The notes under the pieces are model-generated. The model saw nothing but the letters and a program-made list of their open reading frames with translations. It searched no databases and was not told the DNA's origin. A DNA stretch of 64,000 nt. Origin: Candidatus Eiseniibacteriota bacterium (GTDB taxonomy: Bacteria; Eisenbacteria; RBG-16-71-46; CAZAMP01). Both the position numbers and the translations under genes were made by a program. Below are positions 50,022 to 59,889 of this stretch, one piece after another (position 1 is the first letter of the stretch; each line of letters opens with the position of its first letter). The stretch is from assembly GCA_965224245.1 (NCBI GenBank), contig OZ245046.1, forward strand, positions 3,232,001-3,296,000, in the 5' to 3' direction.

Positions 50022-52034
50022 TCAACGCTCAGGAAGAACCTCGAACCGAACGTCCCGCCAGTCCGACTCCCGCGTGATGGTGTCCCGCGCCTCGAGGACG
50101 AGGCTGTACGTGCCCTCGCGGAGATCGGTCAGATCGATCTCGAGCTCGCGCTCCCACACCCAGCCCGTGGCCTCCTCGGTCAGCTCGGCGGCCACGAACG
50201 GCTTGGCGCCGCGTCCCACGATCGCACGGCCGAAGCCGCGGCGCTCGCCCTCCTCGGGCACCACCGACAGCCGGAGCTCGAGGTAGCCGAGACCCACGGC
50301 GTCGGTGTGATACGCGTACACCTCGAAGCGCACCACGAGCGGCGTGTCCGGCCGGTAGCCCGCCCCCGGGTTCGACAGGAAACCGTCATCGGTCCGATAG
50401 CCCAGCCAGAGATCCGAGACCGCGAACCCGGTCTCGGCCACGGGCCGGTTCAGCTCCAGCGACGCGCTGCCCCGGCGGCCGATGGTGGCGCGGAGGGTGG
50501 CCGCCGTCGGCCCGGGGAAGTACGTCGTGCGGAAGAGACCCGGCTCGACGATCGGGAGCCCGCGGGGAACGGTCGTGGGCGCGATCACGCCGACGCTCTC
50601 GTACACGGGCACCCACGACGTGTCCGAGACGACCACCTCGGCGACGTGCGACCTGCGCTCCCCGGCGAACGTGACCTCCAGGCGGGGCGCCCCCGATTCC
50701 TCGCGGAACCACGCCGCGGCGCATCGGAACGGCGCGGTGTCGACACGTCCGCCGAGGTGCGGGTCATCCGGGAGGTTCGCGCGCAGCCAGTGGTGCTGCT
50801 TCATGCCCCGCTCGATCGGGAACTCGAAGCGACCGTTGTGGAACTCGTCGACGAAGCCGAATCCCTGCGCCTGACCGTTGACGTTGAACCAGTGCAGCCA
50901 GGCCATCGTCTCGTAACGTCGCTCGAGCGGCTTTCCGTAGCGGATGTAGAACTCGCCGGGCGCGATCTCCCAGCCCCGGAAGCCGAGATCGGGTCGGCCG
51001 TACGAGAAGTCCGCCATCGCCACGCGGGATGCGTGGATCACGAACCGCTCGTTGACGGGGGTCCCGGGCGTCGGATCCCGCTCGGCCCAGAAGCCCTTCT
51101 CGGGGGGATACAGGTCGAGCTTCGAGAGCGCGTCCCCGACCGACGTGAAGAGCATCGCGGCATCGGCGTCGAGGTAGATCGGCTCCTCGTACGCCGCCCG
51201 ATCGAACCCCGGCATCATGGCCAGCGCGGAGCGGAAGTGGGCCTCGGCCCGCCCGAAGTCGTCACGGTACTCGTGGAACACACCGGCGATGAGCTGGGTC
51301 TCGACGTCGTTCGGATGGTGCGTGAGGAGCGCCTGCACGTGGGGGGCCGCCACGTCGACGGAGTCGGCGTCCAGCGCGAGCACGGCCATTCGCAGATGCG
51401 AGCGCGCGTCGGTCGGCTGCACGCCGAGGAGACGTCCGTAGAGCGAACGGGCGCGTTCGAGATCCTCCAGGCGATAGTGCCGCCACCAGTCGCGTTCGGC
51501 CAGGACGGCCAGCTCCCGCAGGAGATCCCGGTCGTCCGGGAGCCGCGCCAGCGCCTCCTGATATGCGTTGCGCGCCTCGCTGTAGAATCGGCGCTCGCTC
51601 CGGACCTCGCCCAGATTGCGCTGGTACTCGGGATTGTCCGGCGCCACCAGCGTCAGATCGAGAAGGACGTCCTCTGCGGCCTCGCGTCCCACCGGAGTGC
51701 CGCGTGCGCGGTAGGCCTCCGCCAGATACAGTCGCGCGATCTCGTCGGACCGGTCGAACATGACCGCACGCTTGAGGACGCGCTCGGCGCGCCTGAGATC
51801 GCCCGCGATGTAGGCGCTGATGCCGACCGCCCGGAGGCTGGATCCCTGGGAGATCGCGTCGAGCTCGTCCGCCTCGTCGTCGACGAAGAGCGTGTCAGTG
51901 TCGGCGATCGCGCCGTCGGCGAGCGCGGTGGGTGTGATCGCCGAGTGGAGCGGCCGGAGCAGCGCGATCGCCGTGACGAAGCCCGACACGAGCAGCCGGG
52001 ACCGGATCGCGCGTGCTCCGGAGCGGGTCCTCAC
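50022..52034 (-). CDS. TPR + GWxTD-family domain protein
   Basis: TPR helices; FWAERDPTPGTPVNE, RVAMAD, GWEIAPGEFYIRYGKP; C-terminal Ig-like strand GTYSLVLEARD. Confidence 0.72.
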   Translation of the reverse strand: MRTRSGARAIRSRLLVSGFVTAIALLRPLHSAITPTALADGAIADTDTLFVDDEADELDAISQGSSLRAVGISAYIAGDLRRAERVLKRAVMFDRSDEIARLYLAEAYRARGTPVGREAAEDVLLDLTLVAPDNPEYQRNLGEVRSERRFYSEARNAYQEALARLPDDRDLLRELAVLAERDWWRHYRLEDLERARSLYGRLLGVQPTDARSHLRMAVLALDADSVDVAAPHVQALLTHHPNDVETQLIAGVFHEYRDDFGRAEAHFRSALAMMPGFDRAAYEEPIYLDADAAMLFTSVGDALSKLDLYPPEKGFWAERDPTPGTPVNERFVIHASRVAMADFSYGRPDLGFRGWEIAPGEFYIRYGKPLERRYETMAWLHWFNVNGQAQGFGFVDEFHNGRFEFPIERGMKQHHWLRANLPDDPHLGGRVDTAPFRCAAAWFREESGAPRLEVTFAGERRSHVAEVVVSDTSWVPVYESVGVIAPTTVPRGLPIVEPGLFRTTYFPGPTAATLRATIGRRGSASLELNRPVAETGFAVSDLWLGYRTDDGFLSNPGAGYRPDTPLVVRFEVYAYHTDAVGLGYLELRLSVVPEEGERRGFGRAIVGRGAKPFVAAELTEEATGWVWERELEIDLTDLREGTYSLVLEARDTITRESDWRDVRFEVLPER

Positions 52035-52263
52035 GTGTGCGTCTCCCTCGTTCGTGGCTGGCGTCGGTCCGATCCGATCGGCGTTCGTCCCACGCATTGT
52101 CCGACGACCGGCGGTGCTCCTGTCAAGTGTCGCCTACTCCTCACGCCGATCCGCGACCGGATCGGGAGCGACACGTGCGCGTCCCTCCCCGCGTTCGCGT
52201 GGGGTCGCTGTGCTAGACTCGCCGGGTTCTCTTGAGTGTCCGGCGTCCGTCCACGGAGGAATC

Positions 52264-53271
52264 ATGCTGCGCGTGGGGCTGATCGGCGCGGGTGTCATCG
52301 CGGACATCCACACGGCGAGCTTCAAGAACCGACCCGACGCCCGGGTCACGAGGATCTTCGCGACGTCCGAGGCCGATCGCAACGCGCTGGCCCACAAGCG
52401 CGGCGCGGAGGCCGTGGCCGACGCCGACGCGATCCTGTCCTCGGACGAGATCGACGTCGTGCTCGTCTGTACCCCCACCGAGTCTCATGCGGACTACACC
52501 GTCCGGGCCCTCGAAGCCGGCAAGCACGTCTTCTGCGAGAAGCCGATGGCGCTCACGCTGGCCGACGCCGACCGGATGTGCCGGGCCGCCGAGGCATCCG
52601 GACACACGCTGATGATCGGGCTCGTCCTCCGGTGGTTCCACGAGTTCCGAAAGCTCCGGGACGTCGTCGTCTCCGGCGCCATCGGGGAGACGCGGGTGGT
52701 CCGGACCACGCGAGCGGCGGGGTTTCCGCGGGGTCGTGACGACTGGTACGCCGACTTCGCGCGTTCGGGCGGCCTCGCGATGGACATGATCACCCACGAC
52801 TACGACTTTCTCCGCTGGTGCTTCGGCGACGTGGCGCGCGTGATGGCGCGCGGTCTGGCCACGCGGTCGCTCGACCATCTCGACTACTGTCTGGTGCTCC
52901 TTCGCTTCCGTTCGGGCGTCATCGCGCACGTGGAGGGGTCCTGGGCTCATCCGTCGGGCACGTTCTTCACACGAGCCGAGATCGCCGGCACCGAGGGACT
53001 CGTCAGCTTCGACAGCCGCCGTGCGGTTCCGTTCGCGCTCTCGCGGCGCCGGGAGCAAGGAGACGCCCCGAGCGTGGCCGTCCCCGAATCACCGGTGGAG
53101 GAGAGCCCGTACCTTCAGGAGATGAACCACTTCCTGTCCGTCGTGCGCGGCAAGGCGGAGCTCCTCGTGACGCCGGCGGACGCGCGCGACGCGCTCCGGG
53201 TGGCCCTGGCGGTGAACGAGTCCATTCGCACCGGCGAGCCGGTCGTGCTCGCCGAGGGAGGTGCGTCGTGA
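52264..53271 (+). CDS. Gfo/Idh/MocA oxidoreductase
   Basis: IGAG, CTPT..H, GKHVFCEKP, SGG...DMITHDYD; GGAGG RBS. Confidence 0.93.
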   Translation: MLRVGLIGAGVIADIHTASFKNRPDARVTRIFATSEADRNALAHKRGAEAVADADAILSSDEIDVVLVCTPTESHADYTVRALEAGKHVFCEKPMALTLADADRMCRAAEASGHTLMIGLVLRWFHEFRKLRDVVVSGAIGETRVVRTTRAAGFPRGRDDWYADFARSGGLAMDMITHDYDFLRWCFGDVARVMARGLATRSLDHLDYCLVLLRFRSGVIAHVEGSWAHPSGTFFTRAEIAGTEGLVSFDSRRAVPFALSRRREQGDAPSVAVPESPVEESPYLQEMNHFLSVVRGKAELLVTPADARDALRVALAVNESIRTGEPVVLAEGGAS

Positions 53272-54263
53272 TCGGCATCGGCATCATCTCGTTCGCCCAC
53301 ATGCACGGCTGGTCGTACGCGAGCGCGGTGTCGCGCGGCCCGGACACGACGCTGGTGGCGGTCGCCGACCCCGACGCCGGCCGCCTCGAGAAGGCCCGGG
53401 CCAAGCACGAACCGCCGCTTGCCACGCCGGATCCTCACGAGCTCCTCGCGCGCCCCGACGTCGATGCCGTGATCATCTGCTCCGAGAACGCGCATCATGC
53501 CGAGCACGCGGTGGCCGCAGCCGAGGCCGGCAAGCACATCCTGTGCGAGAAGCCGCTGGCCACGAACGCCGACGATGCGGCACGGATGGTGGCCGCCGCG
53601 GCGGCTCGGGATGTACGGCTGATGACGGCGTTCCCGTGCCGGTTCCATCCCGCGGCCCGGCGCACGCATGCCGCGATCGAGTCCGGCTCGGTGGGCCGCG
53701 TCCTGGCCGTGAACGGCACGAACCACGGGAAGAACCCCGGCGGGTGGTTCGTGGATCCGGCGCTCTCGGGTGGCGGCGCGATCACCGACCACACCGTGCA
53801 CGTGGTCGATCTCCTGCGCTGGATGACCGGGCAGGACGTCGAGGACGTCTACGCCGAGTCCACCAGCTTCGACGCGTCGCTCCCCTGTGAGGACGGCGCG
53901 ATCCTGTCGCTGCGCTTCCAGGACTTCATCGCCACGCTCGACGCGTCGTGGTCGCGTCCGCCATCCAACCCGGTGTGGGGCGACGTGACGCTCGAGGTCA
54001 TCGGGGACGGCGGCGTCCTGTCGATGGACCTCTTCGCCCAGGAGCTCACCGTGGTCACCGAGCGCGATCGCCGCGTGGCGCACGAGAACTGGGGCGACGA
54101 CATGGATCGCGGCCTCGTGCGGGCGTTCGTCGAGTGTGTGCGTGACGACGGCGAGCCTGCCGTGACCGGCGTCGACGGGCTTCGCACGGTGGAGGTCGTC
54201 GAGGCGGCGTACCGCTCGGTCCGCTCCGGACGGCCCGAGCGCGTCGTGCGTCGCACCCCGTGA
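53268..54263 (+). CDS. Gfo/Idh/MocA oxidoreductase
   Basis: SFAHMH, GKHILCEKP, GGGAITDHTVHVVD; GTGA coupling. Confidence 0.93.
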   Translation: MIGIGIISFAHMHGWSYASAVSRGPDTTLVAVADPDAGRLEKARAKHEPPLATPDPHELLARPDVDAVIICSENAHHAEHAVAAAEAGKHILCEKPLATNADDAARMVAAAAARDVRLMTAFPCRFHPAARRTHAAIESGSVGRVLAVNGTNHGKNPGGWFVDPALSGGGAITDHTVHVVDLLRWMTGQDVEDVYAESTSFDASLPCEDGAILSLRFQDFIATLDASWSRPPSNPVWGDVTLEVIGDGGVLSMDLFAQELTVVTERDRRVAHENWGDDMDRGLVRAFVECVRDDGEPAVTGVDGLRTVEVVEAAYRSVRSGRPERVVRRTP

Positions 54264-54308
54264 CCACACGGGTCACGACTTGACGCCGGGTCACGAGATG
54301 CGACGACG

Positions 54309-56753
54309 ATGAGCGGCCCGCCGTTCGAGCCGTTGCCGGCCGCGGCGTGGTCGGTGCCGTGTGATCGCACGGCCCCCCGGGAGTTCGTTCCCAATCACGA
54401 CAAGTCCGAGGTCGTGGACCCGCCCTACGCCGGGGCACCGCTGGGCGGTCTCGGCGCGGGCACGGTGACCCGGAGCCACCGCGGCGACTTCGTGCGCTGG
54501 CATCTCGCACCCGGCGTGCACCGCTATCACCGACTGCCCGCGTGCGCCCAGGCCATCGCCGTGCATCGGGACGACGACACCCGCGCGTGCATCGACGCGT
54601 TCGCGCTGGGCACGCCTCCGGACGACGGCACCCTGGGAACGTGGTCGTTCCGCCACGCCGGCTTCCGGTACGCTGCGCTGTATCCCCGCTCGTGGTTCGA
54701 CGGAACGGCCGCCGGCGGGCGGATCCGGTGGAGGCTGACCCAGCTCTCGCCGGTCCTCCCCGGCAACTACGTCGAGACCAGCTATCCGGTCGGCGTCTTT
54801 CGCGTCACGTTCCGGAACGACGGAGACGACGCCATGATCGTGTCGTTCCTGACGTCCTGGGAGAACCTCGCCCCGCCGAGCCCCGGGGTCGCGACCGGCG
54901 GCCGCCCGACGCACGCGGTCGCGCCGGAGGACGGCATCCTCTGGCTCGGACGCGCCTCGGAGGACCCCAACGACTCGGGCGCGGTCGCGATGGCCGTGAC
55001 CGGAGGCGACGCCTTCGCGATCGCGGACTTCCCCGCCGACGGCGATGGACACGCGGTCTGGAGCGGCCTCACGGGCGTCGGCCCGGATCGGGAGCCGGGC
55101 CATCGGGAGCCGGGCGGGGACACCACCGACCATCGGCCCGGTGGGGTCCGGCGCGCGGGGGCCATCGGGGCCCGGATCCGGCTCGCCCCCGGGGAGCGCC
55201 GCGACGTCACGTGCGCGATCGCCTGGCACTTCCCGGTGATGCGGTTCGGCGCCGGCCGCGCCTGGTACCGGCGTCACACCGCGTTCGTGGGCCGACACGT
55301 CGGTGGCGGACCGTCCGATCCGACCGACCCCGCCGTCCGCCTCGCCCGCGAGGCTCTGACGTCGGCCACGACGTGGATGACCGCGATCGCAGCCTGGCAA
55401 CGGCCGTATCTCGAGCGTCGCTCGCCCGAGCTGACCCGCGCGCTCTTCAACACGCTCTACATCCTCGCCGACGGCGGAACGATCTGGCAGTCGGGTCCGG
55501 AGGCCACCGAGCACGCCGGCGACGGTGCGCCGGCGGGCGCGGCGCCCGCGGTGCCGGGGTGTCGCGACGTGGGACGCTTCGCGGTGCTGGAGTGCTTCAC
55601 GTACCCCTACTACGCGACGCTCGACGTGCGCTACTACGGCTCCCTGCCGCTCCTGTTCTTCTGGCCGGAGCTCGAGCGGCAGGTGCTGCTCCAGTTCGCC
55701 CAGGCCGCCCTCGCCGAGGACGTGGAGACGCGCGACATGGTCCACGTGGAGGAGCGCGCGGTCCGCAAGCGCCGGGGAACGCTCCCGCACGACCTCGGCC
55801 GCGCGGACGAGGACCCCTGGGTGAAGATCAACGCGTACGACGACATCGATCCGAATCGCTGGAAGGACCTCGGCTCCAAGTTCGTGCTCCTGATCGTTCG
55901 GTACATGGGGCGCGTCCGCTGGGAGGATCGGGGATTCCTCCGGGCCGTCTGGCCCGCGGTGGAGGCCGCGATGGCCCACCTGGCCTCGCAGGACCGCGAC
56001 GGCGACGGGCTGCCCGACAACGAAGGCATCCCCGATCAGACCTTCGACAAGTGGCCGATGACCGGGCTCAGCGCCTACTGCGGAGGGCTGGCGCTCGCCG
56101 CCCTCCGGGCCGCCGAGACGCTGGCCGAGTGGTGCGGCCGGCCGGGCCAGGCTCGCGAGTACGAGCGCTGGCGACGCCGCGCGACCGGCCGGTTCGTGAG
56201 CGCGCTGTGGCGCGGGGACCATCTCGCGTACGACGCGGCACCCGAGAACGCCGAGATGGTCATGTGCGGGCAGCTCTCCGGCGACTGGGCGTGCGCGCTC
56301 GCGGGCTTTCCCACGGTGCTCTCGGAGACCCAGACGCGCGACACGCTGGACACGATCTGGCGATCCTGCAGGGCCGAGCGGAACGGCGTGCTCTGGGGAC
56401 TCCACAACGGCGCGGCATACGTCGCGCCCGACGGCCAGCGGGTCGGACCCGCTCCCGACAATCGACACGCGAAGGAGATCTGGTCCGGCATCAACTACGC
56501 CGTCGTGTCCCAGCTCGTCCTGGCGGGCCTCGACGATCCGGCGGCCCGTCTGGTCGAGGCGCTCGATCGCGTGATCGGTGTGGACTGTCCGTTCGCGTTC
56601 GGCGTGCCCGAGGCGTGGGAGCCTGACGGTCGATTCCGCGGCGCGCTCTACGTGCGACCGCTGGCGGTGTGGGCCGTCGAGGAGGCGCTCCGGCGCCGGC
56701 GGCCCGACGACGGCGCGCCGCCGTTCCTCGTGGGACCGGAGGCCTCCGGATGA
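54309..56753 (+). CDS. GH116 beta-glucosidase / GBA2 glucosylceramidase-like
   Basis: GAPLGGLGAG, ETSYPV, ALFNTLY.L.DGG, LECFTYPYY.TLDV.YY, PHDLG, WKDL.SKF, PDQTFD.W, EIWSG, PEA, YVRPLAVW. Confidence 0.92.
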   Translation: MSGPPFEPLPAAAWSVPCDRTAPREFVPNHDKSEVVDPPYAGAPLGGLGAGTVTRSHRGDFVRWHLAPGVHRYHRLPACAQAIAVHRDDDTRACIDAFALGTPPDDGTLGTWSFRHAGFRYAALYPRSWFDGTAAGGRIRWRLTQLSPVLPGNYVETSYPVGVFRVTFRNDGDDAMIVSFLTSWENLAPPSPGVATGGRPTHAVAPEDGILWLGRASEDPNDSGAVAMAVTGGDAFAIADFPADGDGHAVWSGLTGVGPDREPGHREPGGDTTDHRPGGVRRAGAIGARIRLAPGERRDVTCAIAWHFPVMRFGAGRAWYRRHTAFVGRHVGGGPSDPTDPAVRLAREALTSATTWMTAIAAWQRPYLERRSPELTRALFNTLYILADGGTIWQSGPEATEHAGDGAPAGAAPAVPGCRDVGRFAVLECFTYPYYATLDVRYYGSLPLLFFWPELERQVLLQFAQAALAEDVETRDMVHVEERAVRKRRGTLPHDLGRADEDPWVKINAYDDIDPNRWKDLGSKFVLLIVRYMGRVRWEDRGFLRAVWPAVEAAMAHLASQDRDGDGLPDNEGIPDQTFDKWPMTGLSAYCGGLALAALRAAETLAEWCGRPGQAREYERWRRRATGRFVSALWRGDHLAYDAAPENAEMVMCGQLSGDWACALAGFPTVLSETQTRDTLDTIWRSCRAERNGVLWGLHNGAAYVAPDGQRVGPAPDNRHAKEIWSGINYAVVSQLVLAGLDDPAARLVEALDRVIGVDCPFAFGVPEAWEPDGRFRGALYVRPLAVWAVEEALRRRRPDDGAPPFLVGPEASG

Positions 56754-58027
56754 CCGCGTACCGGCGTGAGGACCGCGTCGACGTCGGCGCGCTGCGAGAC
56801 CGCGTGGCCGCGATGACCGGGGCACACTCGTCCGAAGTGCGCGTCGTGCGCGCACCCTATCGATTCTGTCCGCTCGGGGCCCACGTCGACCACCAGGGCG
56901 GACCGGTCACCGGTGTGGCGCTCGACCGCGCGACGCACCTCGCCTACGTCGGCTCCGAGGATCTGCGCGTGCGACTTCGCTCGGACGACGCGAGCGGCCT
57001 CGTCGACTTCGCGCTGGACGCCGTCCCCGACGCGATCGCCGGCGACTGGGGAAACTACGTGCGCGGCGCCGCGCGGGCGCTCGGGGCCGAACGACCGCTC
57101 TCGCGGGGGCTCAGCGGGATCGTCGCCGGCGAGATGTCACCCGGCGGCGTCAGCTCGTCGGCGGCGCTCGGCGTGGCCTGCCTCCTCGCGCTCGAGGACG
57201 TGAATGGCCTCGACGTGTCCGTGGTCGAGAACGTCGAGCTGGACCGGCGGATCGAGAACGACTACCTGGGGCTGGCGAACGGGATCCTCGATCCGTCGAT
57301 CATCCTCCGTGCGGTCGAGGGCGCGCTCGTGCACCTCGACTGCGGCACCGGCGCGTTCGAGGTGGTGCGCTCGCCGGTCGCGAACGACCTGGCGCTGGTG
57401 GCGGTGTACTCGGGCATCACGGTCGCGCTGGCGGGAACCGGCTACAACCGCCGGGTCGCCGAGTGCCGCGATGCCGCCGCCGCGTTGCTCGCGATGGGGG
57501 GCGATCTCGGCCCTGCGTCCGGAGCCGGCACGGTGGCCGGGCACGCGAGCGACGCCTCCTCGGCACCCACCCTCGGCGACGTACCGCGCGCACACTTCGA
57601 CGCCCACGGGAACGCGCTCCCCGACCCGCTCCGCAAGCGAGCGACCCACTACTTCGGCGAGGTCGAGCGGGTGCGCCTGGGCGTGGAGGCCTGGCGGCGG
57701 GGCGATCTGGCCGAGCTCGGACGGCTGGTCACCGCGACCGGAGAGAGCTCGGTGACCCACTACGAGTGCGGGTCCCCCGAGCTCACCGCGCTGTTCCGGC
57801 AGCTCGTGGAGACCGACGGCGTCATCGGCGCGCGGTTCTCGGGAGCGGGCTTCCGGGGCTATGCGATGGCGCTGGTGCGCCCCGCCGACGCCGAGGCGAT
57901 CGGCGAATGCGCCGCTTCCGCGTTCGCCGAGGCCCATCCCGACCTCGCCCCGCGCGTGCACTGGATGGTGTGCCGCTCGGCCCGCGCGGCCGGCCTGGTC
58001 GACGACGCGGGTCGAGCTCTCTCCTGA
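56750..58027 (+). CDS. GHMP sugar kinase, galacturonokinase-like
   Basis: APYRFCPLGAHVDHQGG, GVSSSAA, NGILD, YECG, GARFSGAGFRG; ATGA coupling to GH116. Confidence 0.85.
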   Translation: MTAYRREDRVDVGALRDRVAAMTGAHSSEVRVVRAPYRFCPLGAHVDHQGGPVTGVALDRATHLAYVGSEDLRVRLRSDDASGLVDFALDAVPDAIAGDWGNYVRGAARALGAERPLSRGLSGIVAGEMSPGGVSSSAALGVACLLALEDVNGLDVSVVENVELDRRIENDYLGLANGILDPSIILRAVEGALVHLDCGTGAFEVVRSPVANDLALVAVYSGITVALAGTGYNRRVAECRDAAAALLAMGGDLGPASGAGTVAGHASDASSAPTLGDVPRAHFDAHGNALPDPLRKRATHYFGEVERVRLGVEAWRRGDLAELGRLVTATGESSVTHYECGSPELTALFRQLVETDGVIGARFSGAGFRGYAMALVRPADAEAIGECAASAFAEAHPDLAPRVHWMVCRSARAAGLVDDAGRALS

Positions 58028-58037
58028 CGGGCCGCCC

Positions 58038-59705
58038 TCAGCGGAACGGGCGGTGCTCGCGAGAGAAGTACTCGCGCGTCATCTCCACCGTCCTCGGCAA
58101 GAGGAGCAGGATCGCGATCAGGTTCGGGAACGCCATCATTCCCAGCGCGGCGTCCCCGAGCTGCCACACGAACTCCAGCGCCGCCACCGCCCCGATGAAA
58201 TGCATGGCGCAGAAGAGCAGCCGGTACGGCAGCACGGCGCCGTCCCCGAACAGGTAGACCGCGCAGCGATCGCCGTAGTACGACCAGCTGATCGCCGTGG
58301 ACAGCCCGAACAGGAACACGGCCAGCGTCACGATGTAGCGCCCATACGTGCCGGCGATGGGTGCGAGGCCGCGCTCGAAGCCCCACGCGGTGAGGGGCGC
58401 GCCGTTCTGTACCATGTTGCCCGAGAGCCAGACGTCGTCCAGCCCGGTGAAGTCGATCACTCCGGCCTCGACGGTCACGGTCCCCGTCCACGGAGCCCCG
58501 CCGGACTCCAGCCGTGCCTCCTCCACCGTGGCGTGGTTGCGGACGAACGTCGCGCCCTCGACCCGGCCGTCGACGACGCTCAGCGTTCCGTCGAAGAGAT
58601 CGGCGTCGGCGACCTCGCCCTCGGCCTGGACCCCCGCGCCCGCGTCCACGACGGTGATGTCGGACTGCGTGGACAGCACGACGGACTCGGCCCGCCGCTC
58701 GTGCCAGACGTCGGTGGTCAGGATCACGAGCCCCGTGATCGAGCAGATGATGAGGGTGTCGATCAGGGGCCCCATCATGGCCACGACGCCTTCTCGCACG
58801 GGCTCGTCGGTCTTGGCGGCGGCGTGGGCGATGGGGGCCGACCCCTGGCCGGACTCGTTCGAGAAGAGCCCCCGCTTGACGCCCCAGGTGAGCATGAAGA
58901 TGAAGCTGCCGCCGGCGAACCCTCCGATCTGGGCCGCCGGCTCGAACGCCGACGACACGATCGCGGCCAGCGTGCCCGGGATGTGCTCGATGTTCAGGAT
59001 CAGCACGATCAGGCCACCCGTCACGTACGTGGCGGCCATCCAGGGCGCCAGCTTGCTCGTGACCGCCCCGATGCGCTTGATGCCGCCCAGGATGACCGAG
59101 GCCACCAGCGCCGTCATGATGCTGCCGGTCAGAACCGTCGGAAGCCCCAGATCCGCACGCATCGCGTCGGCGACTGTGTTCGCCTGGATGCCGTTCCCCG
59201 AGCCGAAGCTGGACAGGATCGCGCAGAACGCGAACAGGACCGCGAGCGGCTTCCAGGCCGGCCCGAGGCCGCGCTCGATGTAGTACATGGGCCCGCCGGC
59301 CGCCGTCCCGTCCGGTCGGATCACCCGGTACTTCATGGCGAGGGTGCACTCGGAGAACTTGAGCGCCATGCCGAACACCGCGGTGACCCACATCCAGAAC
59401 AGCGCACCGGGTCCACCGTAGTGAATGGCGGTGGCCACGCCGCCGATGTTGCCGATCCCGACGGTCGCCGAGAGCGCCGTGGACAGGGCCTGGAAGTGAG
59501 AGATGTCCCCTTCGTGAGAGGGGTCGTCGTACTTGCCGCGTGTGACGTCGAGGCTGTGCTCGAGGCGGCGCACCTGTATGAAGCGGAGCGCCACCGTCGT
59601 GATCAGCCCGGTGACCAGCAGCACCGCCACCATCAACGGGAACGTCTCCGGACGCGCCCAGATCCAATCGGCCAGATTCGTCGCGATTCCGGTCAGTGCG
59701 TCCAT
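58038..59705 (-). CDS. Alanine/glycine:cation symporter (AgcS family)
   Basis: SATVGIGNI.GVA.AI..GGPGALFWMW, GGPMYY, RGLFSNESGQGS, WSYYG, PNLIA. Confidence 0.95.
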   Translation of the reverse strand: MDALTGIATNLADWIWARPETFPLMVAVLLVTGLITTVALRFIQVRRLEHSLDVTRGKYDDPSHEGDISHFQALSTALSATVGIGNIGGVATAIHYGGPGALFWMWVTAVFGMALKFSECTLAMKYRVIRPDGTAAGGPMYYIERGLGPAWKPLAVLFAFCAILSSFGSGNGIQANTVADAMRADLGLPTVLTGSIMTALVASVILGGIKRIGAVTSKLAPWMAATYVTGGLIVLILNIEHIPGTLAAIVSSAFEPAAQIGGFAGGSFIFMLTWGVKRGLFSNESGQGSAPIAHAAAKTDEPVREGVVAMMGPLIDTLIICSITGLVILTTDVWHERRAESVVLSTQSDITVVDAGAGVQAEGEVADADLFDGTLSVVDGRVEGATFVRNHATVEEARLESGGAPWTGTVTVEAGVIDFTGLDDVWLSGNMVQNGAPLTAWGFERGLAPIAGTYGRYIVTLAVFLFGLSTAISWSYYGDRCAVYLFGDGAVLPYRLLFCAMHFIGAVAALEFVWQLGDAALGMMAFPNLIAILLLLPRTVEMTREYFSREHRPFR

Positions 59706-59860
59706 GCGCTCTTCCTGTCGTTGCCGACGTTGAGTCCCGAGGCCGCGCGGACGTCACGCGCCCGCTAACTGTTACTGGATCGATGGAACGGGCGGCAAGC
59801 GCTTTCCCGGCCGACGTGGCGTGAGACCGCACTCGCGGTCTCGCCGATCGCTCGCTCGCG

Positions 59861-59889
59861 TTGACCCGATCGACGCGTCGTGCTAGCCT
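59861..59889 (+). promoter_or_regulatory. sigma70-type promoter (extended -10)
   Basis: TTGACC-N17-TAGCCT with TGn before the -10. Confidence 0.55.

Noticed and set aside
48947-52260. Mobile element explaining the interruption of the sugar cluster
   Set aside because: No transposase, integrase, terminal inverted repeats or target duplication seen
54259-54296. CGGGTCACGA direct repeat and small hairpin before GH116
   Set aside because: Only two short copies in a 45-nt gap; not distinguishable from chance at this GC content
59706-59860. Glycine riboswitch expected upstream of the AgcS symporter
   Set aside because: No GGAGA/CCGAAG/CTCTCAGG core on the minus strand; only one hairpin (about 59823-59842)
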